From the human T2T-CHM13v2.0 reference genome, Homo sapiens: DNA of 64,000 bases. The translations under genes and the position numbers were made by a program. Below the pieces are notes generated by a model that was not told where the DNA came from, searched no databases, and saw only the letters and a program-made list of their open reading frames with translations. Of this stretch, positions 59,666 through 64,000 are shown one piece after another. Position 1 is the stretch's first letter; each line of letters opens with the position of its first letter. Location: the NCBI RefSeq assembly GCF_009914755.1, contig NC_060929.1. One strand, given 5' to 3'.

Positions 59666-59973
59666 TTTCTTTGTTTTGTTTTGTTTTTTGAGACAAAGTC
59701 TCACTCTCTCACCAAGCCTAGAGTGCAATGGTGCCATCACTCACGGCTCACTGTAGCCTTGACCTCCCCAGGCTCAGGTGATCCTCCCAAGTCAGCCTTC
59801 TGAGTAGCTAGGACAACAGGCACACATCACCACGCCCAGATAATTTTTGTATTTTTTGTAGAGATGGGATTTCGCGATGACGCCCAGGCTGGTCTCAAAC
59901 TCCTGGGTTGAATCAATTCACCAGCCTTGGCTTCCCAAAGTTCTGGGATTACAGGCATGAGACACTGGTCTGG
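59666..59973 (-). mobile_element. AluJ
   Basis: Reverse dimer; aaatagctt on both flanks (59655, 59975). Confidence 0.93.
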
Positions 59974-62339
59974 GAAATAGCTTTCTTACTTATAATTCTG
60001 GTGGGAGTGTAGGTTAGAACAACTTCTGCAGATGGCAAATTGTCAATGTTAATCAAAATACATGTACCTTTTGACCCACCAGTTCTTCTTTGGGGAGTAA
60101 AGCCATCAGATAGACCAGTGTACATGCTGAATGAGTCCTGGAAAAGATTATTTATTATAGCATCCTTTTTAATAGCAAAAGATTGGAAACAACCCAAACA
60201 TCTTTTAGTAGTTAAGTGGATAAACAAATTATGTTTCATTCGTGCTATGGAATACCATACAGCTATGTAAAAGACTGAGGGCTTTGCACTGATATAAAAG
60301 AATCTCCTGATCAGAGGGAAAAGTCAAAGGGCCAAATAGTAGGCTTAATATGTTTCATTTGCTGTAAAAGTAGGAGGGGAATAAGAGTATGTACTCATTG
60401 GCTTATGTAGTCAGATATTACATATTTGCTCATATTTTGCTCATAAATTCTGGACAAGTTCATTCAAAACTTAGAACAGTGGTTCTCTCTGGGAGAGAAA
60501 TGTGGGAACTGGGTGAATTGGGGACTAGGATGGAAAGGAGTTTTTTAAAAACTAAATGCTTCTCTATACTTTATAGACTGTGGTAATATATTAACCATTC
60601 CAAAAAAAGTGGGTTTTTTTAAACATAAAGAAATCCAGAGCTCTTGACCCAGAGTTTCTTCCTTTCATTCTGAGCCAGCTGCTAAACCTCTGTGCTCACT
60701 TCTAACTTCTACTGGATTCCTCCTGAATTGTCTAGCTTCCCCTTAACAATGGACGTTTGAGGACATTCACCATCCTCTAAAGTTTATTGCAACAAAAGGA
60801 CGAGAAGGAGAAGTAGAAGACTACAGAGCTTATCTCATTTGTTTTCAGCCTAACATCTCTCTACTCAGACCCATACAAGTAATTCTAAGGAGAGTGGATT
60901 CCACTTATTTTCCGTGATGCTTTGTATAAGGTATGATAGAAACACAGTATTAAAGCACTCAAAAATACCAAAGGTAAAAAATATCTTTGAAACTCAGTTC
61001 CACTAATGTAATATATACTGACATTCACTTTGTGGCCAGGCACTGTGCTAAGTGCTGGAGATTGAGTACTTAGACTGGAAGGTGAGTATAGCCAGCTGCC
61101 TTTTGAAGAATCACTCCCTCCCATAGATCTTGAACACTGTTTTATTTCTGTTGTAAGAGTAACACATATCCAGAAAAGTGCAAATATTAATGAAATTTCA
61201 CAGATTGACTCTACTCATGTAATCAGCACCAAGACTGAAAACAAAACAGCATCACCAGCACCCAGAAGATCCCATTGTGCTATCTTTGTAGCAAATTTTA
61301 TAATTCTATTTTGAATTTTCTATTGTTTTGAAGTTTTGTTTTTGTTTTCAAAGTCTTATATTTTTCATGATACTGCTTCCCAACATTATAATTTATTATC
61401 CAGCAAAATGACAGCTGTTTTGGTTTTTCTGGGTTTTTAAGGAAAGGATGGGATTGAGTTTCAGAACATGCATAAAATAAAGAATACGTGTAAAGATCAT
61501 ACTCATTATGGCTATTAAGATTTCAGCTGCTGGAATTTCTATGTTAAGTCCACTTGAATATTGTGACCAAAAACATCTGAGAGGAAAATTATATTCAGTC
61601 CATTTCTCTTTCCTAACACAAGAATGCAGTTATTTTTCTCCTATTTTGCAGCTGGCAAAAGTTGAGTATGCATAGGTGAATTGTGACAGCCCCACCTCTC
61701 CTATCCTTATGGGAATTTTTATTTTTAAAGACTTTAAAAAATCGGTGAATTATAATTTGTTGACTTTTCCCAGTCATCAGAGTTGTGCTTGCCAAAGACT
61801 TGTGTAACAGGAAATTTGCCAAGATAGGATTAGTGATTTGTTTGGAGAAAGGGTGTAGGAAATATTTTAAATTTAAAGGTGAAAAGATCACAGACAAGGT
61901 TAAGTACAAGTTACTCAATTTGGCTTCTATTTATGAAGAACTACTGAAATTATCCCTTTACCTTTAGGGACTTCTGTGTTTCATTTGCCCCCAAGTCCCC
62001 TTACCCGTCAGGCAAAAAGAAAAACAAGTCAAAACATAACCAGCAACTCTTTAAACAAAATTAAGCATTTAACCAGGCAAGTTTTATCAAGTTTTGTCCT
62101 GCTTCTGTGGATTCTGGAAGGAGTCTGTTTCCCAGTAGTACTTGAGAAGAGAAACCTGGCACAGGTTTTGCTGGCCAGTGCTCAGAGGCTGGTGATAACT
62201 TTTAGAAACTGGTTTCAGTATCTTGATAACTCTGTTGCCTGTTTTAACATTTTTCAGGTTAATGTGTTTTGAGATTTTTAAATTTTATTTTATAGATACT
62301 CCCTTTCCATTACCTCACATACCTTTATCTATTTCCTGC

Positions 62340-62900
62340 CTGAAAAAGAGATTTGACTCTGATGCGCCCAAGTGTGGTTTTCCTTGAATTTATCCTGCCT
62401 AGGATTTGCTGAGCCTCTAGGGTATGTGGATTAATGATTTTCATCAAATTTGGGGATGTCCTTGGACATTATCTACTTAAATACATCTTTAAACCACTTT
62501 CTTTTCTCTCCTGGGACCCCATTTATATCTATATTAGGAAGTTTAATATTGTCCCACAGATCTTAGGCGTTCTTTATATTTTTGTTTTGTTTTTGCTTTT
62601 TTTTCTTGGCAATTCATTTGGGATAATTTCTATTATTTTGACTTAACTGTACTGATCATTTATTTTGCTTTACTCTGCCAGTTAGTAAGCCCATTTCATT
62701 GTTAGTAAGCCCATTTCATTCTAATATATTCTTCAGGCTAGATTTTTCTTTTTTGTTTTTATAATACAATCTCTCTGCTAAAAATTCCCACATCTTCTTT
62801 ATGTTGCCATACATTTGCCACTGTATCCTTTAGCATACTTTTTAGTCTGTCTGATAACACCAGCATCTTGACTACCTCTGTATCTGTGTGTCTTCTCTTG
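62340..62900 (-). mobile_element. Old L1M fragment
   Basis: gaatttatcctgcctaggatttgctgagcctc...ttttcatcaaatttgggga. Confidence 0.65.
62681..62720 (+). repeat. Perfect 20-bp tandem duplication
   Basis: gttagtaagcccatttcatt twice. Confidence 0.97.
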
Positions 62901-63560
62901 GCCATGGGTCATAACAATATCCAAACCTAGCTCAAGCAGGGAGCAGAATGACTCAGCACCCTACTACAGTGTATGACGCAGAAGAGGCATACCTTTTTCT
63001 GAAGCTAAGTAGTATTTATCTCAGCATCAGTTTCTACCGAGATTTAAAATGTTTAGCACCTACTTGAAAAATTACCAATACAAGAAGAAGCAAAAACTCC
63101 TATTTCTGAGATTTCCTTTACCACTTAGGAGGTAGACTATGACCAGGGACCATTGCTCTCACTCCTACAGTCAAAATAACCTGGGTAAGTAATAAAAATC
63201 ATAGTTTAAAAAATCATAAAATATGCTAAGGACATAAATAAACCTTGAAAATGTAAATTCCAGAAATGGGCAAACTCTTCAAAGGAAAGAAGAGGCCCAT
63301 GGTTTCTCTCACCCCTGGTGGATTGGCAGGAGGAGGAGGAATCTGCTATGGATGGGGTAAGAAGGAATCAGCCAAACTGAAAACGTACTTTTCACTTCTA
63401 GCTTTTCTTTCTGTCTTCACTCATATTGTGAGCAGTGGTCTCTTGTGATTATTTACGTCCTATGTGGAAGTCTCAGAAATAGGAAATTTGTTCAAGGAGA
63501 CTAGGAAATTTGCCAATAGGGAAAAGAGAACAAAGATAAGCCTTGGCCATTGATAAATAG

Positions 63561-63886
<326 letters not shown>

Positions 63887-64000
63887 TTTTATAAACACAT
63901 GGACATGGTAACACTCCTTATTTTCTGGGTTTATCTTTCATGTGAACTGCAGGCCTACCTATGGTATGGTAGTCATGTATTTTTATTCCTTGTGTTTATT

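Overview
Primate (most likely human) genomic DNA that is AT-rich, CpG-depleted and full of interspersed repeats: about 15 Alus, plus L1, L2, MIR, MaLR/ERVL LTRs and Tigger/hAT DNA transposons. The only credible coding sequence is a 39-nt ATG-initiated exon at 9019-9057 (+). It encodes MDESSILRRRGLQ and is followed by a GT donor. I recognise it from memory as an alternative N-terminus of the kinase MAST4; the paralog MAST3 starts MDESSLLRRRGLQ. The window is therefore best read as part of a very large + strand MAST4 intron containing an internal promoter and alternative first exon. I did not find the next exon (KELSLPRRGS) in the window. None of the supplied ORFs looks like a real gene. I see no convincing novel multi-gene system. 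The best leads are the uORF/CCAAT/E-box/CARE architecture around the alternative first exon, templated-insertion repair scars at nearly the same position in three Alus, an antisense Alu carrying both exonisation mutations (candidate poison exon), and a diverged local duplication inside an old LTR. Repeat subfamily names come from recalled consensus similarity and their boundaries are approximate unless TSDs or TIRs are quoted.
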